A stretch of 63,046 nt of DNA, counting the filler, from Polymyxa betae A26-41 (lineage: Eukaryota > Protista > Endomyxa: Phytomyxea): assembly GCA_003693705.1 (NCBI GenBank). It is 3 parts of 3 records of this genome, joined end to end, with 100 filler letters (N's around TTAATTAATTAA, not from the genome) between each part and the next. Parts side by side here need not be neighbours in the genome. Positions count along the whole stretch, not along the records: positions 14,591 to 44,380 come from RBZT01000418.1; positions 44,481 to 63,046 come from RBZT01000093.1; 1 more part is not named here. One strand, written 5' to 3'. Below, piece after piece: positions 38,201 to 51,050 of this stretch. The notes under the pieces were generated by a model. That model was not told where the DNA came from and searched no databases. It worked only from the letters and a program-made list of their open reading frames with translations. The stretch's first letter is position 1. Every line of letters begins with the position of its first letter. Position numbers and translations under genes: made by a program.

Positions 38201-38990
38201 CGGCAGTGGAACCCATCTTCGGTTCGCCGCCGACCTGCATCCGAACAGGTAGCGATTCACCGGTCAGCTAGAAGGGTGATTAGCGACTCGTTCGATGTCT
38301 GAGGTGACGATGCCTACCGAAGATTGGTCGACAGCAACGGATCCCTCGATAATGCGACAATCAGCAGGAACTATAGACGTGGTTAAGGAGTGGCGATGGT
38401 TGCAAGCCCAGATAACCGAACCTGCACCTCCCGCCGTCAGCGTTATGATATCGTCAGGAACGACCAGAGCGGCATCAATCTTTTGCCAAGTGCCATCGCG
38501 GCAGACATGTGCCATCGGCGTGAGGTTATTCTGAGACAAGGTCAGAAGACATGATCGGTCCCCTCGTCTTGATTACCAACCTTCAACGCAGCGATAGCAT
38601 TGCTGGATTTGTTATGTTCGGTAAAGCCCACAACGGCATTGATGATTTGCAGTGCCAGTAACACGAATACATCGGTGATATTCCCAAGACATAGTTCAAT
38701 GACAATAGCGATCCAAATCCCTGAATTGTCAGTTAGAATCGCGTTATAAACGGCAGGGAGCAGAATCAACCAATTGGCAGCGGCCCTGTAAACTGTTCGA
38801 ACAGCAAGCGCAACTTGCTCTTGTTCTTCTCGACCAGCTCGTTGCGACCAAATTCGCGAAGGCGACGGTCCGCTTCCTGACTTGTCAGGCCTGCAGGAGC
38901 GATTCCTTCGTCTTCAGTCATTAAGCTGTTGCTGTCCAGCACTGTTCAGATATGCAGAGGCCCGTAAAGTAGGATTGGCGGGACGGGATA
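35258..38990 (-). CDS. P3A-type plasma-membrane H+-ATPase, multi-exon; start uncertain
   Basis: [98 protein letters not shown]. Confidence 0.93.
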
Positions 38991-39785
38991 ATACAACTTC
39001 GTTCGTTAAAGAACTTTATAAAGTGACCTGAAACGATGATTCAACGCTTTTTTTGAGTACCGACTTGTCAGCCAACAAGGCGTTGAGTCAATAACAAGGA
39101 GCAATCGGGCGAAGGATTTTCTTGACAGGCGATGACAGGTGGATGTCACAACAATGGCGGCTGTCCAGAGCGCGAGAAAGATGGCTCCAGACAAAAATTG
39201 CCCTTGACTTTCACAAGTCCATCTGGGCTCGCAAACGGAAGACCTGGATTTCGATAGATCGGATTATTCAGAAATCAATCGCAACTCTGATTAGCGGAAA
39301 CCAACACATGGTCCGATTCCGATCGAGATCTTGAGGTTAATATGATCGCATCGCAAAATCCCTTGAATCTTTGATGATGCCTCCGAAATCCACTCGAAAC
39401 GCGTTGCAAAGTAATGGAGAATGCGGAATCGGATGAGATGCCGTCTAGCGACCTCAGCGATACGGAAATCATTCCGTCTAGGTTAACCATAGATTATTGA
39501 TCATTACTGCATGACCGTGGGTTCGGAGGTGCCAGATGCAATGGCTTCTGCTGCTGTGTAGACAATGAGATATCCATCAAGTACGTATTACAAACCAGAA
39601 ACCTACCAGAATAAACACTTGTGGCAGTTTTCGGCGCTCATAAAATATCTATGCAGGCGAGACTGGAGCCTTACCCTGTTGAAGAAAGCAACACAATTCT
39701 AATGACGAGATCAAGAACATTCTGAAACGAGAAGTTGTGTATTTCGATAGTAGATGGGATGTATGCTAAGATAGGACACACCTAG

Positions 39786-41253
39786 TCAGCAACAAACAGC
39801 AGGAACCGATGCTTTTAAGTCATCTTCATCGTCATTAAGAACTATGCCTTGACCAACGCAAGGACTACAATCAGGACCTCCTAGAAACGACGCCGCAATC
39901 ACGATTACGACATTGACCGCGAGGCTAATGGAAGCAACAACCGGAGCATCGATCGTAATCCAGATGATTACGAAGCTAAGAACAGCGACCTTAATCCCAG
40001 TAATGGCCCAGGCACCAGCTAGACCGAAGGGCACAGCGAACGGCCGAGGAGCCGTCGGATCGCGATATTTCAGCACGATAAAGGCGGCGAACTCCAACGA
40101 TAGACGAACACAGTTCAGCAGAGCCAGCACCTGAACCAGCGTGGAGAAATCCCAGATCGCCAACACCGACGTAATGAGAAGCTGGACGATGAGAGCGACG
40201 ACGGGCGTCTCGAACCGGGGCCAGATGTAGCCCAAGGTCTTGGGCAGCGTTCGCATCTGAATGCCTTCGTCTTTGTTGCAGGCGCCCATAGCCCACATCA
40301 GCCGAGACGTGGCCGCCATACCGGCCAGAAGCTGGCCGAGATTAGCGAGCATGGCGGCGATCACGACCCAAATCACAAGCCAGGACCCCGGGCCTGTCGC
40401 CTTCTCAGCAGCTAGAAGGAAGGCGTTCGACTTCCAAGCCGCTGGATCGGGTAGCAGCATATATGAGACTAGTAAAGGGAATATATAGGCGATCATGCCA
40501 GCCAGCATAGCCAAGGCGATCCCGATCGGATACGTTCGGGTCGGGTTCTTCACTTCACCAGCGAAATTGCCGAGCGCATCCCAGCCGGTCGACGACCAGA
40601 GCAGGACCGCCGATAGCTCCGCCCAGTTAATCTGTACAAAGATATCGGTCAGTTGCTGCAGGTCATCAGGACGAGCGACGACGACATACTTGAGCAGGTG
40701 TTTGAAGGAACGACACCGACCCGATCATGGGTAGAGCGAAGGGCAGTTCTACGACGAATACAGAGAGCGAGACGATCATTAATAGGAGGCTGGCGAGACC
40801 GACGACATTCAGGCCGATAACGTTGCAGATCGTAACCAGGACTAGAATGGCGACCTTTAGCAGATAGAGCTGGAGTTTGCCCAGCTGCAAGGGGATATAG
40901 TCCACGATTAGGTTAGGGTAAAGGCATATGTCGACCAAGGCCGACGACAACGAGTTATAAGCATTGGCGACTCCAGCGCAGGTGCCGAGCCCGCGCCAGA
41001 CCCAGACCAAGCTGCCGCCATTCACGCTCATCATGGAGCTGAGTTCAGCGGTCATTAGTGATTGAGGTATGGACCATATTAGGGGAAGGAGGACGAGCCC
41101 CCCGATTGTTGCAGCAATGCCGCCAGCCTGCACTGCAGACTCCAGTCCGAAAGGACCGCCACAAGTTAGGAAGAAAGCAATAAAGACAAACTGTCCCAAA
41201 GACATGAGCCGCCTGCCGGACTGGTCCGGCTTCACGGGCTCCTGCTGCAACAT
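39786..41253 (-). CDS. APC-superfamily amino acid/polyamine transporter (LAT/PUT-like), one intron
   Basis: FFLTCGGPFGLESAV, WSIPQSLMTAELSS, GWDALGNFAGEVKNPTRTYP, LEFAAFIVLKY..PRPFAVP; many TM segments. Confidence 0.92.
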
Positions 41254-41849
41254 CGGGAGCGTAGTCGATGCTATCGATATTCCGAGGACATGGACAGCGC
41301 CAAGACACACACGAGATGGGTTTTCAACGTTGTCGAGAATGGAGAGAGATTGGAGGCGGCCGCCCCCCAAAACCCCGCTGCGGACCTCCCACTATCACCG
41401 TCCGGTCAAGACTCAAACGTACAGACCCAGCTGCTCGTTTCCGGGAAGCCCGATCAGACGCCCAGCGATTAATCGTCGCGGATTGAACGACCAATAAAAA
41501 CCGTGAAACCGCCGTGATATTTTGGGAGCGATCACCAGGGAAATTTCTGAGGGAAATGTTCGCGCCGAGGGCTGCGAGTTTCGGGCTCAGAGACGGGCAG
41601 CGTCCTGACCTTTTGCAGAGCAATCGGTTCACCTCGTCCGGCAAACTTCCCATCAGAGAAGCATGCGATTGTTGCCATTTGTTTCTCCACATGTGGATTC
41701 GGTCCTTGTGAAGTCGATATTGTCACTAACCTTCGTCATCATGATAGTCGGTAACCATCACAATATGAAGTTATGGAGCAGGATGCGGCAACCTTGTTAG
41801 ATGCCCGAACAGCACGGCTTGTTGATCATAAAGTAACCAAGACGCTGCA

Positions 41850-42248
41850 ATGACGCTGATCATATTAATCCTTCTGAGCACGGCCATCGCCTTCGACCTG
41901 CAAGGCTACGATCTTGGCGGTCTCCGGCGGTTCGGTTTCTACGACGATTTCAATGGCGTTGATGATCTAACTAACGGTGCTGGGTTTCAGAACGCCATCA
42001 GTCAGGTCAAAAACTTGAAACCATCCGACCTGCAATATATGCGGCCGATCATCTCCAACCAGTTGCACGACGCCGGCTTTATTAAAGAACGTCAGATGTT
42101 CAACAAAGCGGCCGACTCGCTGCCCGAGCTCGTCTCCAATTACGACACCGACACGGTCCGACAATCGCTGCCAGTTATCAGACAGAACCTCCAGAAACCC
42201 GAAGTCGTCTCTGGGTTGAAATCGCTTCAGAGACAGATCCTGCCCTAA
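41850..42248 (+). CDS. Small intronless secreted protein, 132 aa, unknown function
   Basis: Signal peptide MTLIILILLSTAIA|F; no Cys; helical-looking mature part. Confidence 0.7.
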   Translation: MTLIILILLSTAIAFDLQGYDLGGLRRFGFYDDFNGVDDLTNGAGFQNAISQVKNLKPSDLQYMRPIISNQLHDAGFIKERQMFNKAADSLPELVSNYDTDTVRQSLPVIRQNLQKPEVVSGLKSLQRQILP

Positions 42249-42299
42249 TTGTATCTTTGTTGAAATTAAACGAAACCGAACACGACATCGCCTGGTAGA

Positions 42300-44110
42300 T
42301 TAATATTCAGATTTAACATTACTAAATGAGTCGTCATTGGCAGCCTTCTTGGGCGTGATCTTGGGCAGTGGACGATTTCGATCAATGATGAGCGTGACCG
42401 AGCCCGACAACGACGACGGCTTCGTGTCCGCATCGGCATCGTCCGAGCCGAGATCGACGTCCAGGTCGCTGGGACGTGTGTAGCTGCGGACTCGGGCAAT
42501 CCCGTTCGACTTGGCCGGGGCCGGTACAGCCTCGACCGACGCCAGACGCTGATTGGTAGGCCTCATGCGGAACTGGCCCACGCCGGATCCGTTACTAGTT
42601 ACTGACGTGTTGCTGTTGCCGCGCTTCAGCCGTGGCGGATGCGTCGAAGACACGGCGCGCTGGTGCGCTTTTGACGGCGACGACATTGGCGGGACCGAGG
42701 GCAAGCCGGACGAGTCCAGGCGCCTGTTGGACGGCGACGCTGGTTTCGACGCTCTCCCGGACGGTGACGTAGTGCTGTTAGACGACGCTCCAGACGATTT
42801 GTAGTTTTCGGAGGGTTTTCTACTGATGGGCTGTTCGGGGAAACAAATCATTGAAATATCAACGGCAGTATGTTGCTCGCCCGTACCTTGGACGAAGGCG
42901 TAGCGCGTTCGTTGAGTTTATCGCGGGCCTGCCGGACCATCTCTTCAGTAACCTGACGATCACAGGACTCGGCGAGGTCATTCAGGTCCATCATGTACCA
43001 CGGGTGGCCCTTGATTTCGGCGATTGTCGCGCGGCTATCGGGCTCCGGCGTCAGCATCCGACCGATCAGATCGCGCAGCTCTGCACGACAATCAGCCCGC
43101 GGGGACCAGCACGGCTGCCGCCGGCCCAACCTTCGCTGAAATAGTCCGGGTATCCGAACTCGAGATTAAGGATCTTCTTGAATAGGGCCGGCGTAGATTT
43201 GGCCTGAAAAGGCAAGAACCCGGCCACCATCGCATATAGAATGACACCCATGGCCCAGATATCAGCCTGCGGACCCACAAAGCTGCCAACTTCGCGGTTG
43301 ATCTGCTCCGGGGCCAGGTACGACGGTGTCCCGCAGGCCGTCCCCATCTCGCTCTTCCCGATCATCCCATTGTTCGACAAACCAAAATCCGCGATTTTCA
43401 CCTATAAAAGCGGAGTTCAGGTCTCTGTAAGGCCGGATGACATCCGGGGTCGTACCTTCCCATTGACCATGAGGATGTTCTCGAGTTTCAGGTCGCGATG
43501 CACGATCTGCTTCTTGTGGCAGAACTCGACGCCGGTCACGATCTCGGCGAACTGTCGGCAGGCGTCGCGTTCCGGCAATGCTGTCCGGCACTTGATCAGG
43601 TCGAGAAGGTCGCCGCCTCTGGCCAGCTCCATGACCATGACGACATGGTTCGGCTCGTCGATCACCTCATATAGGCGGATGACATTATCGCATTTCAACG
43701 ATGTCAAGATCGCCGATTCTCGAAACAAGCGCTCGACCTCAGAAATATCTGTCACCTTTGACGACATTAACATCATCTGATAAAAAGATGATGACAACCA
43801 ACTTGTTTCTTAGAGAGAAATTTCAAGGCGTATTCGACACCGGATTCGACGTGCATCCCGACTTTGACGGTCCCGAACGAGCCTTTGCCGAGCGTTGCTC
43901 CGATGAAATAGTTCCCAACGCGTTTTGGCTTCGACCCGCGCAACGATCGAGCCGATGATGGTGCCGTTCGATGCATGCTCAGCTTCGGAAACGCTGACGA
44001 CAGCGAATCGTTCGCGTTGCTGTGATTCAATCAGCTGGGTTTGGATCGCAGTGGGACGATGAGGGCGACCTTGGCAAATCGGCCGGGACGCTGTCGTCAT
44101 CGTCGGACAT
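42300..44110 (-). CDS. CAMK-group (SNF1/MARK/BRSK-like) Ser/Thr kinase, multi-exon
   Basis: RVGNYFIGATLGKGSFGTVK, YALK, HRDLKLEN, KIADFGLSN, TACGTPSYLAPE, DIWAMGVILY; Ser/Pro-rich tail. Confidence 0.93.
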
Positions 44111-44380
44111 GGTCGGGGATGGATCGCCCCAATCCGACATTCGTGGCAGCTCGTCGATCCCACGATCAGAACGGCATGGGAGACGCGCGAGACGGCGTCG
44201 TTGTTGATCGTAGGATTAAGGTAGAGAAGTCGGGTCGCGACGATCCAACCGATGTACTAGTCGTATCTAACAGAATCTTGATTGACCATGATAATAAGCG
44301 ATATGAAGAAAGAGGGAGAGAACTCCCCGACTATAGTCAAGTCGCTTGACTCTATTGGAACCCTAGCTCATATGATGTAA

Positions 44381-44480
44381 NNNNNNNNNNNNNNNNNNNN
44401 NNNNNNNNNNNNNNNNNNNNNNNNTTAATTAATTAANNNNNNNNNNNNNNNNNNNNNNNNNNNNNNNNNNNNNNNNNNNN
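44381..44480. other. Artificial contig-joining spacer
   Basis: N44-TTAATTAATTAA-N44. Confidence 0.98.
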
Positions 44481-44584
44481 AAATACATTCGAAATGACTT
44501 CAGATCCAAAAATGATGATTGCTAAATTCCAATAGAGGAGAGATTAAGCAGGATTCAGGTGCGAAATTCCAAAAAAATGCAAAA

Positions 44585-44704
44585 GGTTAGATCACCATGC
44601 GGTTCCCAGCTGGTCCCCCACGCCAGTACTAAGCCGGCCCAAGACCGCTTGGCTTCGCAATTCGGAATGAGATACGGCATACTCGGTCTGGTATGAACCT
44701 AACC
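44585..44704 (-). rRNA. 5S: 5S rRNA gene (120 nt)
   Basis: Minus strand GGTTAGGTTCATACC...GAAGCCAAGC...TTAGTACTGGCGTGGGGGACCAGCTGGGAA...TGATCTAACC. The ends pair as helix I. TTTT Pol III terminator follows immediately; TATAAA lies ~26-31 nt upstream. Confidence 0.93.
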
Positions 44705-44852
44705 TGACAATATCACTTCCAGCAATTGCTTTATACAGATCGCGATGCGAAATTCATCACGGACATCACGTTGATGATGTATTCTGCAATGAAATACGGA
44801 GCTGTTTCGGAGCTCGGCAATCGCTACCATAAAGACCTCACCCAAAGTTGAA

Positions 44853-46895
44853 TCAGCCTGCAGACCTTGCTGGTTTAATTCGCTCAGCTATGGAATTGAT
44901 GAATTCGACGAATGGCGTTGCCTTTGGAACGACCTGTGCGACTTGTTGACAAATTTAAGAAAACCGCACTTGGACAACCGCGCTTTACAATAGAAGTTTC
45001 CATGCCAATTTCTTCCCTGTTTGCTGCGAACGATACAAACAGATTTGCAGCCGTCGCGCCTTATAATGTCCTATTAATGGACCATGAAGCATACCTATCA
45101 GCAAGAGAGCTTCAGCGTTTTGTTAAATTGAACACCAGCACGTCCTAGATCTGATATCAACGCGATGACGTCGAGTTTCAACACTTTGATTATACCAAAG
45201 CCTGATGTATTCCTGATAGTTCGGAATTTGCCAGAGATTGTCATGTGCTAAAGGTGGCAGCACCGCCCGTTGCTTGAAATTCAACAGACCAGACGATTCC
45301 TTAACAAGCGCTCGATAAACACCACGATCGGCTGATTCGGTTTAGCAACAGGTGAATTTGGCATTCTGATAAGAAAGACATAATGATGAGCAACTCGATT
45401 AACGTTGAAACAATGGCGATCTTCTTGCATAGAAGTACTCGAATCAGCCTCCCTTTTGAATTTCAGATCCAGGCCCGAATTCTAATGAGTATAACCTGGA
45501 ACATTGCTGAATCAGGTGTCTTGTTTCGACCAGACCGATTCCATTGCAAAGCGCCGTCATGAACGTCTTCTTAACGAACGAGACGTAGGCTTTGGAAGAG
45601 CCTGCGTGATGACGGGCTAGGTTTGAGCAGCTTCAGCTACGTAGATGGGTCTCTGCAGGGTTTCATCATCATTCTACATCTTGCCCTCTCGATCTGCAGA
45701 TCGATGTTCCTACAATGTTTTAGATTCAGTACATCCCTTCAGCAAGTACATATTCTCTACAATAAAACCGAATTTCTCCTGGATCTCGTCAGAAACAGGC
45801 CGTCGCCCTAAACAAGCGATCAGAAACCGACTGTAGCCGCTCACACAATATACAAACAAGTTTTTAGAAAATGGTGAGAAAGTTTGAGAATGTTGTCGAC
45901 TATTTTGCTGTCCCAGAATATCAGCAGATCTGATTACCGGTATATCAGTGTACAGTGGCTCTTTAATTGATTTGACGTAAAAAGCTGCAATTGAAGCGTA
46001 GGTAGATAACCCTGCATCTTCATTTCATACTTTACAGGATAACCATTTCTAATCATATCGAAAGCCACCAGAACGGAAAATTGCTCGCTGATCAACGGCT
46101 TTGACATAGCAAATTTGAAAAACCTTTATAAAGGTTCCCGGATGATAAAATTCACTGTCGATTTCTAATCGGCCGACAGGCCCAATCGTTCCTAGCCTCC
46201 GAACTCGAAATCAGTACCAGACTATTGGCAAACTTCCCAAATTGTACGACGATCTGAAACGGCAGAGATTCTGGATCAGCGGAAGGCATGCGTTCATACA
46301 GCATGGAACCTTTAGCGAAAGCTCCAGATGCTTTGTTCGTATCTCTCGTTTCTTATATCAGGTTGATGATTTGGTTGAAGAGGTCGGGCATGCTGCTGGT
46401 TTAGTTTCGCCATCATAGCGGCAGCGTTGCTAGAAACCGCTTTGATGTACGTCTACTACGTCGTGATGCCACCATACTCGAGCGAAATCATGATCACCAT
46501 GATCACGATTGCGCTGGGGATGGCAATAAGCACGATCATCATGATGGCAGTGACGTTGAGCCAGCGACGTCTCGACCATCGGTCATGGGCGTACTATCAT
46601 TTCCCGACCCAACGGCAGACGTCATCAGCGTATCATTCAGATGCCTATTCTGCAGGAAGGACAGTGCAGTAATCTAAGATAATCAGCATCTTTCTTAGAA
46701 TGTTCGCCTCAATGGTCGGAAGGACAACATTAGATGGATTCGGTGTTAACTTCCCGCTTGGAGAATTATCTGAAACGGAAGTTTGGGAATAAAAATCCAC
46801 AAGAATCTACCAACTTCTTCCAGAATGGATGGTTCATTTCTCTGTTTGTTGATCGTGCCACTTTTTTGAGTCTGCAGCGGGTGACCGGATACCAT
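44853..46895 (-). CDS. Possible multi-exon hypothetical membrane protein divergent from RPN6
   Basis: ATG at 46895, GT-AG-bounded segments, and a basic patch plus TM (SRRRWLNVTAIMMIVLIAIPSAIVIMVIMISL); full model not resolved. Confidence 0.3.
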
Positions 46896-47116
46896 CCCAA
46901 ATAGAACACTTCTTTTGTTAGGAAAGTAAACGGCCCGGTGACCCCGGTCTGTGTCGAATCAAAGAATTTAAAAAGGTGCGTAAGTGATTTATGTCGAAAC
47001 TTTGATGCGTTCTGTGAAAGGGAAACGTTTATTCCAAGAGGGCCAAAAAGGTGCGTATTGGATGGCCTGTGTTGTAGGAAATCCTCACATAATCTTCGCC
47101 TTTGAGTTTGGAGTCA

Positions 47117-49052
47117 ATGAAGACAGAACGCGATGATGCTTTGGCCGCAATGGAGGTCGATGACGAGGCCGGCATTCAGGATGCCGTCTACGAAGAGGGT
47201 GTGGTCAAGATGAAGACCGATCCGAAATCGGCCGCCTCAATGTTCCGCTCTGTAGTGTTCGCTGGTAGTACTGCCTTTCTCGTTTCTGTTTTGTATATAG
47301 CATGCTTTCTTTGCATTCGTGACGGATTCTGCTCACTCATGCTTAACTAATTGGTAATCTAGAAGGAGAAGCCTCACCTGAGCAGTTGAAAATTCGTGAA
47401 GCCTCCATCTATCGCTTATGTGAATGCCTTGTAAAACTTAAAGATGCCGAGCAATTTCGGCAGCTGATCATTCAGCTTCGAGGGTTTTTTGAGACAACAT
47501 CCAAAGCAAAAACTGCCAAAATTGGTATTTTTTCTTGCACGGTTTTGTGTGTATGAAAATCATTCTCTCTGTAGTCAGGAAGATCATCGATTACATTGGC
47601 GAGATCCCGAACTGCTCCGTTCTTCAAGCCGAGGTAGACGAACCTTAGCCTTGCTCTGCACAATATGTCATAATCGTCGAATTTTTTTGCAGATTTGTCA
47701 GGAGGCTATCGACTGGTGTAAAACTGAGAAACGGACCATGCTTCGGCAACGTTTAGAATCGCGTTTGGCTATGTATTACCTATCTTCAAGAAAATTCAAG
47801 GACGCATTGCTCTTGATCAACTCGCTCATTGGAGAAGTAAGTTAAATCTTCTTTGGCTTTCCTTTTTTCTTGCACTTCATCTGCTATGTGCACTTGTTGC
47901 TTAATCGATATTTTCCCACAAAGCTCTCACATAACCGTATCTAGGTGAAAAAGATGGATGATAAGCTGCTTTTGGTCGAGATTCTACTGATAGAAAGTCG
48001 CATCCATCATGCTTTAGAGAATGTTCCAAAAGCTAAAGCTGCCTTAACATCCGCCAGGGCAGCCTCAAATGCCATTTATTGCCCACCTGTTTTGCAGGTT
48101 GGTGATCGATTTGTGCTTCTCGATTGCAGTTAACTTTTGTTAGGCCGAAATTGATCGCCAAGCTGGTATTCTGTGCGCTGAGGAGAATGATTTTAAGACA
48201 GCGTACGTCGCATTCTGTTTCATTTTTTTACTATCTGATATGCTGCAGATTTTCTTACTTTTACGAGTGCTTCGAGTCGTATAATACTGTGAATGACCCG
48301 AAAAATGCCATTGCTGCTTTAAAATACATGCTTCTGTCGAAAGTAATGTCTGGCGAGACCAGCGACGTGTATGATCGCGTTGTATACTCTTTTGCCTATT
48401 CCCATGTTTGATACAGCTACTCTATTATTCACGGCAAGTCGGGAGTAAAGTATGCCGGAATTGATATCGAAGCGTTAATGGCTGTTGCTGAGGCTCATAA
48501 GAAACGCTCGCTTAAAGATTTTGAAAACGTTCGTCAATGTCCGTTTTCAACTCGCAAAGGTTTAAGATTTGGTTTTCTCTAGGTTTTGAACAAGTACACG
48601 CAACAGCTAGAAGGTGATGCTATTATCGGTAGCCATATCAAAGGTCTTTACGAAAAGCTTCTAGAGCAGGTTTGTTTCGATCAGTTGGTGATAGTCTTAC
48701 GAAATGAATATCTGAATCTGGGACACAGAACCTAATCCGCATTTTGGACCCGTTCTCCGTTGTTCAGATCGCACATGTCGCCAAGCTTATCGATTTGCCT
48801 ATTGAGCGTGTACAGGGTAACATCCTTTATGGGTTGGCGGTGCCTTGCTAATTTGACTGTCTAGCTAAGCTAAGCGAGATGATTCTGGATGAAAAGTTTG
48901 ATGGTATTCTAGACCAAGGAGCCGGCAACCTTATCGTTTACGAGCCTGCTGATAAAGACGCAACGTATGAGACCGCGGTTCAGACTATCAAAGAGCTCAA
49001 TGTCGTAACCGATTGCCTTTACGACAAGGCTCGCCGTCTTACCCATAATTAA
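47117..49052 (+). CDS. PSMD11: 26S proteasome lid subunit RPN6, multi-exon
   Basis: [82 protein letters not shown]. Confidence 0.97.
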
Positions 49053-49146
49053 CCTGTATCATATTAGTAAACGTACATCGTGATATGTATTACAACCGGG
49101 AGGCGTCAGTTTCCCCCTTCAGCATAATACAATGTCCAATTTTTAT

Positions 49147-49698
49147 CTAAACCTCGGCGTCGTACTGGTCCCTGATATAGCTGGGGTGTCTTTGCTTTTC
49201 TCTGACTAAATCGAGATTTTGCCGAAGTGTTCTCTGTTCATGTTTGAGCCATCGTACAGCATCTCGAGCCCAGTAATGGATCTTGCGAAAGTTGTCCAGC
49301 GATGTCGTCTTGTCATTCTTACAGTCCTCTCGAATCTGTTTGATTCTGTACTTCACAAACAGATTGCAATCGCGTTTATCGTCTTGGTACAATTTCATCT
49401 CTTTCAGTTCCGGATCCTTTGCCCGTGTTTTTGATGGGAACGCATGACCGATCACCATCAGCTTGGGCTTTCGTGGCGTTTTTGGTTTCGGGAATGCAAT
49501 TGGCTGCGATTCCGGATCCAAATGGCGGAAGACCAGACCAGATTCGATGGCATAGGTCGGCGTCGGTCGATGCAGCCAACGATGCTCGAGCTCGACGCGA
49601 ACCAGACGAGGATCTGGGTCTTCAGCTAGATCGCGAAGGATGCCAGCTTCATTGCGAAGACTCGCTAAGACGGTCTCGATGTCAGTAAGCGTTACCAT
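49147..49698 (-). CDS. Hypothetical protein, 183 aa, intronless
   Basis: ATG-initiated ORF convergent with RPN6, protein-like composition, coiled-coil-like C-terminus; no family recognised. Confidence 0.55.
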   Translation of the reverse strand: MVTLTDIETVLASLRNEAGILRDLAEDPDPRLVRVELEHRWLHRPTPTYAIESGLVFRHLDPESQPIAFPKPKTPRKPKLMVIGHAFPSKTRAKDPELKEMKLYQDDKRDCNLFVKYRIKQIREDCKNDKTTSLDNFRKIHYWARDAVRWLKHEQRTLRQNLDLVREKQRHPSYIRDQYDAEV

Positions 49699-51050
49699 GG
49701 TTTCAGCAAAGTCATGATGTCAAACCGAGAGGCTCGCGCCCTTCCTCAGCCTGAATATCTCAATGTCAGTAAATAGGATAATTTGTCAATTACAAACAAG
49801 ATGCCGTTTCAGTATTGCTATCAGAACTTTGGATAAATTCTGATAGCAAAAGCATTGATCGTTGATGGTCATTGATCGGAAACTGCACCCGCCCCATTGT
49901 TGCAAAATCCAACTCGATCCAAGCCAAGCAGGGCATCAATGAGTTGAAAGCGTTTAAAACAGAATTGATAGAGCGGTTAACAGCAAGGTTCACCCATTTG
50001 TTTGTTCTTTGAAAAAATGTCGCGTCTCGTTATGCTTTCGGTCGTTCAGCTGCAGACGACTAACAGCATCCCTTCCTTCAATGAAGTCTGTTATGCGTAT
50101 ACAATATAAGTTAGCATGCTTTGCTGTTGTTTTTTCAGATTCGACATTGCTGGCATTGGAAATTTCCTTGTTTTAGATAACTCTGCGTTTTCATAAATAG
50201 CCATGATTGGGACGCAAAACTAAGGATTGAAGAGATTTGCACAAATCGAATCACATTTAATGTAAAGGAGGTGCACTTTTTATCTGCATCCTCGCTTCAA
50301 CATTGTGAAATCTATAGTGGATCTTTTGCTTTGAAATGCCATCTTGAATACAAATTATAAGGATCTTAACAGAATGCATCCGATTTCATCCAGCCATTCC
50401 TTTTCATGATATCAAGTCGTAGTTGTCGAAAATCTGGTCAAGGAGACGCTAACTGCTTCAGAATGGAATCCATTGAAGGTTGCGGCAAGACGCAAGAGCA
50501 AGCATACTGAATAACGAGTTTCATCAACAGCAAATGTCGGCATCATGAGAACGACAAGATCCTTGTAAAGGAAGCCCAATTTGTGTGTTGGCGAACTCAC
50601 AACGCCCAATTTACTGAGATCTCCTGTCTCACAAGCCGTAAAACGTTCAAGAAGTTGAGCTTGCCTATTAGCAGTACTGTATGCTAAATAGTCGTGATCA
50701 ATTCCAGCAACATTCAGTCAGACACAGTGCTCTTCACTCGACTTTAGCTTGCATTTCAACTGATCGACTTGACTAAACGGAAACAAACCCTGGCAAGTGT
50801 CATTGACTTCTGCTACGACCCGAGAGTTTGACGCTTTAACATAGATGATTGAATACTTACAAGCCGGTCAATACAACATGGCCAGAGCACGACTGTTGGA
50901 TCTATACATCAGCTAAGGGCGGCTTTAATCTACTGAATCAGCATCAGATAAGTACCACGAATGACACAATCCCAGAATCCCATGTGAACAAAAAATGCAA
51001 ACTTTTGATATGCATTGATAAATAAATAATCCATATGCAAATAAATAGAG

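Noticed and set aside
49790-50900. Possible additional minus-strand gene
   Set aside because: Short open segments, but I could not build a consistent exon chain or recognise a motif.
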